A stretch of 64,000 bases of DNA from contig CAVYKI010000006.1 in the NCBI GenBank assembly GCA_963769025.1, positions 320,001 through 384,000 of the forward strand. Reading direction: 5' to 3'. Within the stretch, counting starts at the first letter, position 1, and every line of letters begins with the position of its first letter. The translations under genes and the position numbers were made by a program. The notes beneath the pieces are model-generated. The model searched no databases and had not been told where the DNA came from. It saw only the letters and a program-made list of their open reading frames with translations. The DNA is from an uncultured Verrucomicrobiae bacterium. Lineage in GTDB: Bacteria; Verrucomicrobiota; Verrucomicrobiia; Chthoniobacterales; Chthoniobacteraceae. Below are positions 42,150 to 50,824 of this stretch, piece by piece.

Positions 42150-43019
42150 GCGCCGAGAATCGCCTCCGTCATCCGGAGCGCCTCCACGTTGGGTTTCACG
42201 TCGTGCACGCGGAACACCCGCGCACCGCGTTCGCGGCTGTGGCAGGTGAGCGCGACCGTGGGCCACTCGCGATCCTCCGGCGCGGAAAGTCCGAGCACTT
42301 TTCCAATGAAGCTCTTGCGCGAAACGCCGATGGCCAGCGGGCGTCCGGGGAGCGCGAGTTCGTTCACGCGCTGCAAGAGCGCAAGATTGTGCCGCGGCGT
42401 TTTTCCAAAGCCGATACCGGGGTCCATCGCGATGTGTGTGGCAGGCACGCCGGAGGCTACGCACCGCTGCAGGCTGTGGCAAAAGAATTCCCGGACGGCA
42501 GCGCACACATCGGCGTAGCGTGGCGCCTCCTGCATCGTTCGTGGTTCGCCTTGCATGTGCATGATGACTACGCCTGCGCCGCTCTCTTTGGCCGCCTCCG
42601 TCATCCCGGCGTCACGGAGTCCGCCGACGTCGTTGATGATGGATGCTCCCGCGCTCGACGGCAGCCTTCGCCACCGCCGGTTTCATCGTGTCCACGCTGA
42701 TGACGAACCGCTCCCCGTGGCCGGCGCGCTTCGCGAGTTCCCCGATGATTGGCAGCACGCGCCGCAATTCCTCGCGTTCGTCCACGGGCTCCGCGCCGGG
42801 GCGCGTGCTCTCGCCGCCGACATCGATGATTTCCGCGCCGTCCGCGATCATGCGGTCCGCGTGGGCAAGCGCGGAAGCGAGGTTCACAAAGCGCCCGCCG
42901 TCGCTGAACGAATCGGGCGTCACATTCAGGATGCCCATCACGACACCGCGCTGCGTGAGATCAAACTCGCGCGTGCGCGTGCGCCAAATGATTTGCGGAT
43001 TGGTCGAAGTATCGTGCAT
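42146..43019 (-). CDS. folP: Dihydropteroate synthase; +1 frameshift near 42653
   Basis: MGILNVTPDSFSDGG, GGESTRPG, MHMQGEP, DPGIGFGK, SRKSF and RVHDV motifs. Confidence 0.93.
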
Positions 43020-43080
43020 CGTGTCTGACCCGCAGGACGTAAAACGGTTCATGATCACAAACCCAAGCGTTAATCGCCCT

Positions 43081-44256
43081 ATGAGCACGACAATCACCAA
43101 ACGCACTCCCGCCAATTTCACCGACCGCCAGTTCCCGCCCTTCAGCCTTCCGCGGCTGCTGACGACCGTCTTCGCCCCGAAGGCCGGCCAGCGCGTGTGC
43201 ATCCTCATCGATCTCGACGACCCGCGCGACATCACGGATTTCCGTTTCCTGAAGAATCCCGATCTCGGCATCCAGCGGAACGCCTACGAGGTGTTTTACC
43301 TCGGCCTGCGCGACGGCGTCCTCGCCGAACTCGGTCTGACGGGCGGCGAGATGTTCGCCTACGAAGTGACCGGCGGCAGCAACCTCGACCTGCCGGAAAT
43401 CGCCTTCACGCCCGAGGGCCGCGAGGTGCGGATGGAGGACGCGATTTACACGAAATACGACATCGTCCTCTGCATCTCGACCTACTCGGCGACTGCGCCG
43501 CTGACGGCGTTCGCGAAGAAGTTCGGCTTCCGCGGCGCGACGATGCACGGGATGAACGCGACGATTTTGCGGAGCGGCCTCGCCGTGGACTATGACGACG
43601 TGAGCCGCGAGGCGGAAAAGCTCCGGCTCGGCATGACGCGCGCGGACTGGGTGGAGATTGACTACGTTTTCGACGGCAAATCCTACACGCTGCACCTCGA
43701 TCTCGGCGCGCAGGAGGCGCAGAAGAGCCACGGCCTCTGCCGCGGCGGCCCGGACATCGCGAATCTCCCTGCGGGCGAAATCTACTACGTGCCGAAGGAC
43801 GTGAGCGGACAGTTCCCGATGCGCTACGAGGACGGCACTGTCGGCCTCCAGCACGTGAAAAACGGCCGCATTTTCAAGGCGGAGCTCCTCCGCGGAAACG
43901 CGAAGACCATCGAGGAGCACAATGAAAAGCTCACGAGCGATCCGGTGACCGGCGAACTCGGGGAACTCGGCTTCGGCACCCAGCGCCTGCCCGTGAGCGG
44001 ACGCGACATTCAGGATGAAAAAATCCTCGGCACCATGCATGTCGCCACCGGGCGCAGCGATCATCTCGGCGGCAAGCTGACGCCGGACCGTTTTGCAAAT
44101 CGCAAGAACGCGACGCACGACGACATCCTCTTTTCGCCGACGAAGACGCCAGAGATCGCGGTCCCGCAGGTCCGCATGTCGCGCAACGGGCAGACGGTCG
44201 TGCTGATCGAAGGCTACGAGCCCGCGGCCTACATGCGCGGCCTGCTCGAAGCCTGA
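43081..44256 (+). CDS. M29/aminopeptidase-T-like metallopeptidase fold protein
   Basis: NLPAGE, GELGFG, DEKILGTMHVATG and H.DI motifs. Confidence 0.7.
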   Translation: MSTTITKRTPANFTDRQFPPFSLPRLLTTVFAPKAGQRVCILIDLDDPRDITDFRFLKNPDLGIQRNAYEVFYLGLRDGVLAELGLTGGEMFAYEVTGGSNLDLPEIAFTPEGREVRMEDAIYTKYDIVLCISTYSATAPLTAFAKKFGFRGATMHGMNATILRSGLAVDYDDVSREAEKLRLGMTRADWVEIDYVFDGKSYTLHLDLGAQEAQKSHGLCRGGPDIANLPAGEIYYVPKDVSGQFPMRYEDGTVGLQHVKNGRIFKAELLRGNAKTIEEHNEKLTSDPVTGELGELGFGTQRLPVSGRDIQDEKILGTMHVATGRSDHLGGKLTPDRFANRKNATHDDILFSPTKTPEIAVPQVRMSRNGQTVVLIEGYEPAAYMRGLLEA

Positions 44257-44278
44257 GCCGCGCGCGCGCTCCGCTCCG

Positions 44279-45034
44279 ATGAATCCGTACGAGACCGACA
44301 AGCTGGTCGGCGAATATCTGCTGTTCCACTACGGCACGCCGGAGGAAGTGCTGCCGTGGGATTTCGGCCCGTCGTCGGCGCTCGACTATCCCGTGCGCTG
44401 CGTGAGCGAATGCGTGGACGTCGCCTCGCTGCCGGCCAATGCGCGTGGACTGGATGTCGGCTGCGCCGTGGGGCGCGCGACGTTTGAGCTGGCCCGGCAC
44501 TGCGCGGAAGTCATCGGCATCGATTACTCGCGGCGATTTGTCGAGGTGGCCGCGGCTCTGGCGGGCGGAGGCACTTTCCCGTACGAGCGGACGGATGAGG
44601 GCTCGCTCGCGACGCGACTGGTCGCGGCCGTGCCCTCGGAGATGCCGCGCGGGCGGGCAAGTTTTGAGCATGGGGATGCGCAGAACCTGCGGCCGGACCT
44701 AGGTAGCTTCGACGTCGTCCTCGCGGCGAATCTCGTGGATCGCCTTGCGGACCCCGCGCGTTTTCTCGCGCGCTGTCCGGGTCTTGTCAAAAGCGGCGGA
44801 CAGTTGGTGATCACCTCGCCCTACACGTGGCTGCCGGAGTTCACCGCGCCGGAGCGGTGGGTGGGGGGATTTCTCGCCGATGGAGCGCCGCGCACGACGC
44901 TGCAAGGTCTCACGGCAGCGCTGTCGGAGCACTTCACGCTCGTGGGCACGAAGGATCTGCCTTTCCTCATCCGCGAGCACGCGCGGAAGTACCAATGGAG
45001 CGTCGCGCAGGCCAGCATCTGGAGGCGCAAGTGA
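44279..45034 (+). CDS. Class I SAM methyltransferase resembling the OvoA C-terminal (4-mercaptohistidine N1-methyltransferase) domain
   Basis: NPYETD..EYLLFHYG, LDVGCAVGRATFEL, GIDYS, ANLVDRL, SPYTW and PFLIREHARKYQ motifs. Confidence 0.8.
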   Translation: MNPYETDKLVGEYLLFHYGTPEEVLPWDFGPSSALDYPVRCVSECVDVASLPANARGLDVGCAVGRATFELARHCAEVIGIDYSRRFVEVAAALAGGGTFPYERTDEGSLATRLVAAVPSEMPRGRASFEHGDAQNLRPDLGSFDVVLAANLVDRLADPARFLARCPGLVKSGGQLVITSPYTWLPEFTAPERWVGGFLADGAPRTTLQGLTAALSEHFTLVGTKDLPFLIREHARKYQWSVAQASIWRRK

Positions 45035-45036
45035 CC

Positions 45037-45624
45037 ATGCCTACCGACTGGGAGAATCGCTACCGGACGAAAGACATGCCGTGGGACAAGGGCGCGGCGC
45101 ATCCCGGCCTGATCGAATTCCTGAAGTCGAATCCCGTCCGCGGTCGCGTGCTCGTGCCTGGCTGCGGTCTCGGTTACGATGTCCGCGCGCTGGCGGCGAC
45201 GGCGGACGAGGTCGTCGGCCTCGACATCGCGCCTTCGGCCGTGACGGCGGCGAAAGCGCATCCGCCGGTCGGGGGCGAGCGCTACATGCTCGGCGATTTG
45301 TTTGCCCTGCCCAAGTCGCTGCGCGGCACATTCGACATGGTCTTTGAGCACACCTGCTTTTGCGCCATCGACCCGGAGCGCCGGGCGGACTACGTCGCCG
45401 CCGTCGCCTCCGCCCTTGCGCCAAAAGGCATGCTGCTCGCCGTCTTCTATCTCGATCCGGGATTGGATCCCGGTCAGACGGGGCCGCCGTTTGGAGTCAA
45501 ACGCGAGGAACTGGAGGCGTTTTTCAGCCCGCGGTTCGCGCTGCTCCGCGAATGGTCGCCCGCAGTGACCTACCCGGGCCGCGAGTCGCGCGAGACGTTC
45601 CGTCTGTTGCAATTCGTCGGCTAG
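45037..45624 (+). CDS. Thiopurine/thiol S-methyltransferase (TPMT) family
   Basis: W..RY....PWD, LVPGCG.G.D, EHTCFCAI and GPPFG motifs. Confidence 0.87.
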   Translation: MPTDWENRYRTKDMPWDKGAAHPGLIEFLKSNPVRGRVLVPGCGLGYDVRALAATADEVVGLDIAPSAVTAAKAHPPVGGERYMLGDLFALPKSLRGTFDMVFEHTCFCAIDPERRADYVAAVASALAPKGMLLAVFYLDPGLDPGQTGPPFGVKREELEAFFSPRFALLREWSPAVTYPGRESRETFRLLQFVG

Positions 45625-45687
45625 CTGCAACGGCGCGGCACCCAGGAAGCCCGCATTTCCGGGCTCAGAAAAGCGGGCCCTGCGATC

Positions 45688-45715
45688 TTGACTGCCGCGC
45701 TTCGCCTCCTAGTGT
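45688..45715 (+). promoter_or_regulatory. Putative sigma70 promoter of tkt
   Basis: TTGACT-N16-TAGTGT about 30 nt upstream of the start. Confidence 0.5.
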
Positions 45716-45745
45716 GCGCGCTCTTTTCTCACACCTGAAACACCT

Positions 45746-47734
45746 ATGTCCGCTATGAATATCGATGCCCTTTCCCGCGCAGCCACTGAAGCCCGTGGCC
45801 TCGCCATGGACGCCGTTCACGCCTGCAACTCCGGCCACCTCGGCCTCCCGCTCGGCTGCGCGGAGATCGGCGCCGTGCTCTACGGACACGCGCTTTCGCA
45901 CAATCCCGCCGACCCGAAGTGGCTGAACCGTGATCGCTTCATCCTGAGCGCCGGCCATGGCTCCATGTTCCTCTACTCGTGGCTGCACCTCAGCGGCTAC
46001 AAGCGCATGACGCTGGACGAGGTGAAGCATTTCCGCGCGCTCGGCAGCCACACCCCGGGTCACCCCGAGCAGTTTGAGACACCCGGCGTTGAGGCGACCA
46101 CGGGCCCGCTCGGACAGGGCGTGAGCAATGCCGTCGGCTTCGCGGTTTCGCAGAAAATGGCGGCGGCGAAATTCAACACGTCCGCGCACACCATCTTCGA
46201 CAACCACATCGTCTGCCTCGCAGGTGACGGCTGCATGCAGGAAGGCGTGGCGATGGAGGCGATGGGCTTCGCCGGGCACTTCAAACTCGACAACCTGATC
46301 CTCATTTATGACTCGAACGACGTGACGCTTGACGCGATGGCCATCGCCACGCAGAGCGAGGACGCGGCGAAGCGCTTCGAGGCGATCGAGTGGGGCGTCC
46401 AGACGGTCGATGGCAATGACATGCCGGCTTTCCTCGCCGCGTTTGAAAAGGCGAAAGCCGCGACGGGCAAGCCGCAGATGATCATCGCAAAGACGCTGAT
46501 CGGAAAAGGCATCCCGGAAGTCGCGGGCACCGCGAAGGCGCACGGCGAGGGCGGTGCGAAGTTCGTGGACGCCGCGCGCAAGGCGCTCGGCCTGCCGGAG
46601 GAGCATTTCTTCGTGAGCGCGGAGAGCCGCAGCTATTTCGCGGAGCAGGAAAAGCGGCACGCCGCGGCCTACGCAAAGTGGCAGGGTGTTTTCGCGGAGT
46701 GGAAGAAGGCGAACCCGGCGCTCGCCGCTGAGCTCGAAGGAGGCCTCAACAACACGATCCCGGCCGATTTGCTCGCCAAGATCCCGCAGTTCCCGGCGGA
46801 CGCGAAGCTCGCGACGCGCAAGGCGGGCAGCGATGTGCTGCAGCCCGTGGCCGAGGCGATGCCGCTGCTCGTCTCCGGCAGCGCGGACCTCCACGGCTCG
46901 ACGCTGAATTACATCAATTCGAGCAAGGACTTCGGCCCGCAGAACTGGGCCGGGCGCAACATCCGTTTCGGCATTCGCGAGCACGGCATGTGCGGCATCA
47001 TGAACGGCATCGCGTACGACGGCATCTTCCGCGCGAGCGGCGCGACGTTCCTCGTCTTCGCGGATTACTGCCGCGGCAGCATCCGCCTCGCGGCGCTCAG
47101 CGGCCTGCCGGCGGTTTACATTTTCACGCACGACAGCGTGGGCGTCGGCGAAGACGGTCCGACGCACCAGCCGGTCGAGACCGTGAGCGGCCTGCGTTTG
47201 ATCCCGAATCTCGACGTCATCCGCCCTGCCGATCCGGAGGAGACCGCGGGCGCGTTTGCCGCCGCGATGCAACGCACCGATGGCCCGACGCTGCTCGCGC
47301 TCACGCGCCAGGTCGTGGCGAACCTGAACGACATCCCCGTGCAGACTCGCCGCGAAGGCGTGACCAAGGGCGGTTACATCGCCGTGAAGGAAACGGGCAA
47401 GCTGGAGGCGATCCTCCTCAGCTCCGGCAGCGAAGTGCAGCACGCCGTGGCGGCCGCGAAGCAGCTCGGCGGCGGCGTCCGCGTCGTCAGCGTCCCGAGC
47501 TTCCACCGTTTCGACAAGCAGCCGCAGGCGTATCGCGACGAGGTGTTGCCACCCGCGTGCCGCAAGCGCGTCGCCATCGAAGCCGGCGTGTCCGGCCTCT
47601 GGTGGAAGTACGTGGGCCTCGACGGCAAGGTGGTCGCCATCGACCGCTTCGGCCTCAGCGCTCCCGGCGGAAAAGTGATGGAAGTTCTCGGCATCACGCC
47701 GCAGGCGGTCGTGGATGCGGTGAAGGCGCTGTAA
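45746..47734 (+). CDS. tkt: Transketolase
   Basis: [31 protein letters not shown] and [11 protein letters not shown] motifs. Confidence 0.97.
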   Translation: MSAMNIDALSRAATEARGLAMDAVHACNSGHLGLPLGCAEIGAVLYGHALSHNPADPKWLNRDRFILSAGHGSMFLYSWLHLSGYKRMTLDEVKHFRALGSHTPGHPEQFETPGVEATTGPLGQGVSNAVGFAVSQKMAAAKFNTSAHTIFDNHIVCLAGDGCMQEGVAMEAMGFAGHFKLDNLILIYDSNDVTLDAMAIATQSEDAAKRFEAIEWGVQTVDGNDMPAFLAAFEKAKAATGKPQMIIAKTLIGKGIPEVAGTAKAHGEGGAKFVDAARKALGLPEEHFFVSAESRSYFAEQEKRHAAAYAKWQGVFAEWKKANPALAAELEGGLNNTIPADLLAKIPQFPADAKLATRKAGSDVLQPVAEAMPLLVSGSADLHGSTLNYINSSKDFGPQNWAGRNIRFGIREHGMCGIMNGIAYDGIFRASGATFLVFADYCRGSIRLAALSGLPAVYIFTHDSVGVGEDGPTHQPVETVSGLRLIPNLDVIRPADPEETAGAFAAAMQRTDGPTLLALTRQVVANLNDIPVQTRREGVTKGGYIAVKETGKLEAILLSSGSEVQHAVAAAKQLGGGVRVVSVPSFHRFDKQPQAYRDEVLPPACRKRVAIEAGVSGLWWKYVGLDGKVVAIDRFGLSAPGGKVMEVLGITPQAVVDAVKAL

Positions 47735-47813
47735 GGCGAAAATCCGGCAAGCGCCGAGGCATCTCCTTTTGCAGATTGCATCGCGGTCGTGAACTGGACA
47801 GCGTCCGCGCATC

Positions 47814-48377
47814 ATGGAAACGAACCCTTCTAATCCGTATCAGGCGCCGCAGTCCGACATCACCGTTCCGAGTACCGGCGGGCAGCTTGCCTCGCCGTGG
47901 ATTCGACTCGGCGCAGCCATCATCGACGGTCTCATCCTTTTGCCGATCAATTGGATTTTGCAGAAGCTCCTGCTGAAAATGCCCACGGCCGAGGAGATCA
48001 TGAGTGCCGCGCAGAGCGGCAAGCCGCTGGACCTTCAGGGCATGATGCCCGGTACCGGGAGCCTCATCATGGTGAGCGTCATCGGGATCGCCGCGTTTCT
48101 CGCCATCAACTACACCTTCCTCAAAAACGGCCAGACCGTCGGAAAGAAGCTGCTGAAACTCCAGATTCAGCGCCGCAGCGACGGTTCCCTCCTTCCGGTC
48201 CAGGAACTGATCCTCAAGCGCATCGGGCCCATCTGGGCTGTCAGCTTCCTCGCCGTGCTCATCCATCCGCTGATCAATCTTGCGCTCACCGTGGACGCCC
48301 TCTGCATTTTCCGTCCGGGCCGCAACACGCTGCACGACGACATCGCGGGCACGAAAGTGGTCGTCCTTCCCGCGTAA
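47814..48377 (+). CDS. RDD family protein
   Basis: NPYQAP, RLGAAIID, GQTVGKK and LHD.IAGT motifs. Confidence 0.88.
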   Translation: METNPSNPYQAPQSDITVPSTGGQLASPWIRLGAAIIDGLILLPINWILQKLLLKMPTAEEIMSAAQSGKPLDLQGMMPGTGSLIMVSVIGIAAFLAINYTFLKNGQTVGKKLLKLQIQRRSDGSLLPVQELILKRIGPIWAVSFLAVLIHPLINLALTVDALCIFRPGRNTLHDDIAGTKVVVLPA

Positions 48378-48389
48378 CGTCCCCAGATC

Positions 48390-49565
48390 TCAGAGAAGGC
48401 TGAGAGGGCTCTGGCGAGTCTTCAGCGGGAATGTGACGCGCTGGCCGCCGAGGCGGTGTGACTCGAAGACGGAGCTGATCATTTCCACGATGATCCGCCC
48501 GTCGTTCGCGCTGCACAGCGGCGCGCGGTTTTCACGGATGGCGGCGATCAAATCGCGCCCGGCTGCGGCGTGGCTGCTGATGAGTTTGCCAAGATTTTCG
48601 ATGGGCTCCGGCTTTCCGATGCCGGCGGTGGAGATCGGCGTCCACGCACGCGGTTCCTTGACGGGCTGGAATGGGTTGCCGGGCAGGAAGTGCGCGACTG
48701 GCTCCGTGTCGCAGCGAAGATCGATGATGCCGGCGGTCCCGATGAGCTGCAGGCCGAAGCCCGCGCGGGGGACGCCCGCCTTCTGGATTGAATCGAAGAA
48801 CGCGGGCATTCCGTGCTCCATCTCGAAGCGCGCATGCACCTCATTCCCGGCGAGCGGGCCGACTCCCTCCGCGCCGTCCTTCACGTCGGCACGTTCGATG
48901 GGGCGTCCGCCCTGGAGCACCGTCGCGGTGCAGGCGAGCGGCTTTCCGCCGAAAAAATGGATCATGTCCATGACATGCGAGCCCAGCACCCAGAGGTCGA
49001 GCGCGCCACCGCGGTCGTCCTCCTTGCCGCGGCCGCGCAGCTCGAGCACGCGGCCGATCGCGCCGTCCTTCACGAGCGCGGCCACCGTGGCGAATGCGGG
49101 GTGGTAGCGGTTGCGGTGGGCGATCGCGAGCTTGACGTTTCGCTTGTCGCACGCGGCGACAATTTCATCCGCCTCCGCCGGCGTGCGGCAGAATGGCTTC
49201 TCGACGTAGATGCCCTTCGCACCGGCCTCGGCCGCCGCGAGAATCATATCGCGATGCTCGTCCACAAATCTCGGTCCGACCGCGACGATGTCCGGCTTTG
49301 TCTCGGCGAGCATCTGGCGGTAGTCGGCGAAGCCGGGGATGCCGCCGAGCTTCTTCTGCGCAGCGGCGAGCCCGGCGGGGTCCGCGTCGGCGACGGCGGC
49401 GAGTTCAGTTTCCGGGACTTGCAGCCACATCGCATCGAGTCCGTGCCCGAAGTTGCCGCGGCCCGTGTGGCCGATGACTCCGACGCGGAATTTTTTCTCC
49501 TCGCCGCGCGCGGCGAGGGAAATTCCGGAGGCGATGCTGAGGGCGAGGAAGTGTCGGCGGTTCAT
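48390..49565 (-). CDS. Gfo/Idh/MocA oxidoreductase with Tat signal
   Basis: MNRRHFL, EKPF and GSH..D motifs. Confidence 0.9.
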   Translation of the reverse strand: MNRRHFLALSIASGISLAARGEEKKFRVGVIGHTGRGNFGHGLDAMWLQVPETELAAVADADPAGLAAAQKKLGGIPGFADYRQMLAETKPDIVAVGPRFVDEHRDMILAAAEAGAKGIYVEKPFCRTPAEADEIVAACDKRNVKLAIAHRNRYHPAFATVAALVKDGAIGRVLELRGRGKEDDRGGALDLWVLGSHVMDMIHFFGGKPLACTATVLQGGRPIERADVKDGAEGVGPLAGNEVHARFEMEHGMPAFFDSIQKAGVPRAGFGLQLIGTAGIIDLRCDTEPVAHFLPGNPFQPVKEPRAWTPISTAGIGKPEPIENLGKLISSHAAAGRDLIAAIRENRAPLCSANDGRIIVEMISSVFESHRLGGQRVTFPLKTRQSPLSLL

Positions 49566-49583
49566 GGGAGGTTCGCGTGAGGA

Positions 49584-50600
49584 TTAGCGTGCCGCCCAGC
49601 GGTAGGCTGCGCGGGAATTGTCGTGGAAATACTTCGCGGACGCGTCCGCGCCCTTGGTGGCGAAGTAATCGCGGACGATTTTCAACGCGGTGGCGTACGG
49701 AGCGACGAGTTCGATGACGGGCCAGTTGCTCCCGTAAACGAGGCGGTCGGGACCGAATCGTTTCCACAGCTCGTCAAATTCCGGCCGGTAGAATTCCGGA
49801 TCCGTGATGATGCCGTCGGCGTTTTTCCGCGCCACGTGGGAGACCTTGATGAACGTGTGCCGCAGCGCGGCAAATCTGCCGAGCACGTCGAGGTAGAGTT
49901 CGCGGTTCTTCGCAAGCACGGCCGTATCAGGCGGCAGGTGGTTCACGACGATCCGCAGGTCCGGGATTTCCGCCGCGATGCGCGCCATTTCCGCGAGCAT
50001 CGGGAGCTGGCAGTTGATGTCGAGCGTGAGGCCGGAATCGGCGAAGCGTTTCAAATCGGCGGCAAATTGCGGCACGTTGCGGTTGGCGCTGATCACGTCG
50101 TTCGCGATGCGGATGCCACGGAAGAGGGGATTTGCGGCGAAGCGTTTCAGATGGTCCGCGAAGCCTGCTTCGCCCGGATGCAGCCGGCCGATGATGCCGA
50201 GGATGAACGGGTCATCCTTTGCGAGGTCGAGCAGCCATTGGTTGTCCTCGAGCCATGCGCTCGCCTCGATCACCACGGTGCCGGTGACGCCGAGGCCTTC
50301 CGTCACTTTCCGGAGATGCACGGGGAGCGAGGGTTTGTAGAGCACGGCGGAATTCGGCGACGGCCACGGAACACCCTGCGGCCGGGTGGGGTCGTAGAAA
50401 TGCGGGTGGCAGTCGATGATCCTCAGGGGAGCGGATTTCGCAGCCGCGCTTGCGTCGGTGCATACGGCTGCGGCGAGGCTTGCGATTCCGATCCGGAGGA
50501 ACGTCCGGCGATCCGACGCCAGCGGACCGTGCGCGGGCGCGGTTGCGTGCGGGGTGCATCTTGTCGGGAGGATGGTCGGGGGGGAGGTCACGCCGGTCAT
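49584..50600 (-). CDS. Amidohydrolase family protein with Tat signal; start uncertain
   Basis: DRRTFL, IIDCHPHF, VVNHL and YGSNWPV motifs. Confidence 0.85.
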   Translation of the reverse strand: MTGVTSPPTILPTRCTPHATAPAHGPLASDRRTFLRIGIASLAAAVCTDASAAAKSAPLRIIDCHPHFYDPTRPQGVPWPSPNSAVLYKPSLPVHLRKVTEGLGVTGTVVIEASAWLEDNQWLLDLAKDDPFILGIIGRLHPGEAGFADHLKRFAANPLFRGIRIANDVISANRNVPQFAADLKRFADSGLTLDINCQLPMLAEMARIAAEIPDLRIVVNHLPPDTAVLAKNRELYLDVLGRFAALRHTFIKVSHVARKNADGIITDPEFYRPEFDELWKRFGPDRLVYGSNWPVIELVAPYATALKIVRDYFATKGADASAKYFHDNSRAAYRWAAR

Positions 50601-50824
50601 GTTTGCCGTGCCGTGCCCGTTCAGGCACGAAAAAATGACGCCGAAGGCGCTTGGGGCATGGGTTTCGAAGGGTGATTTTTTTCGGGCATTCCCCGGTGGG
50701 GGATGGTAGCCTGCTTCAGGCTTATGAAAGCGTTCCTCTGCGCAGTCGCGCTGGTGCTCTCTGCATCGGGTCAGGAATTGGCTGCGCGGGCAGTTTTCCA
50801 ACTCCAAATCAACTCCCCACCTCC

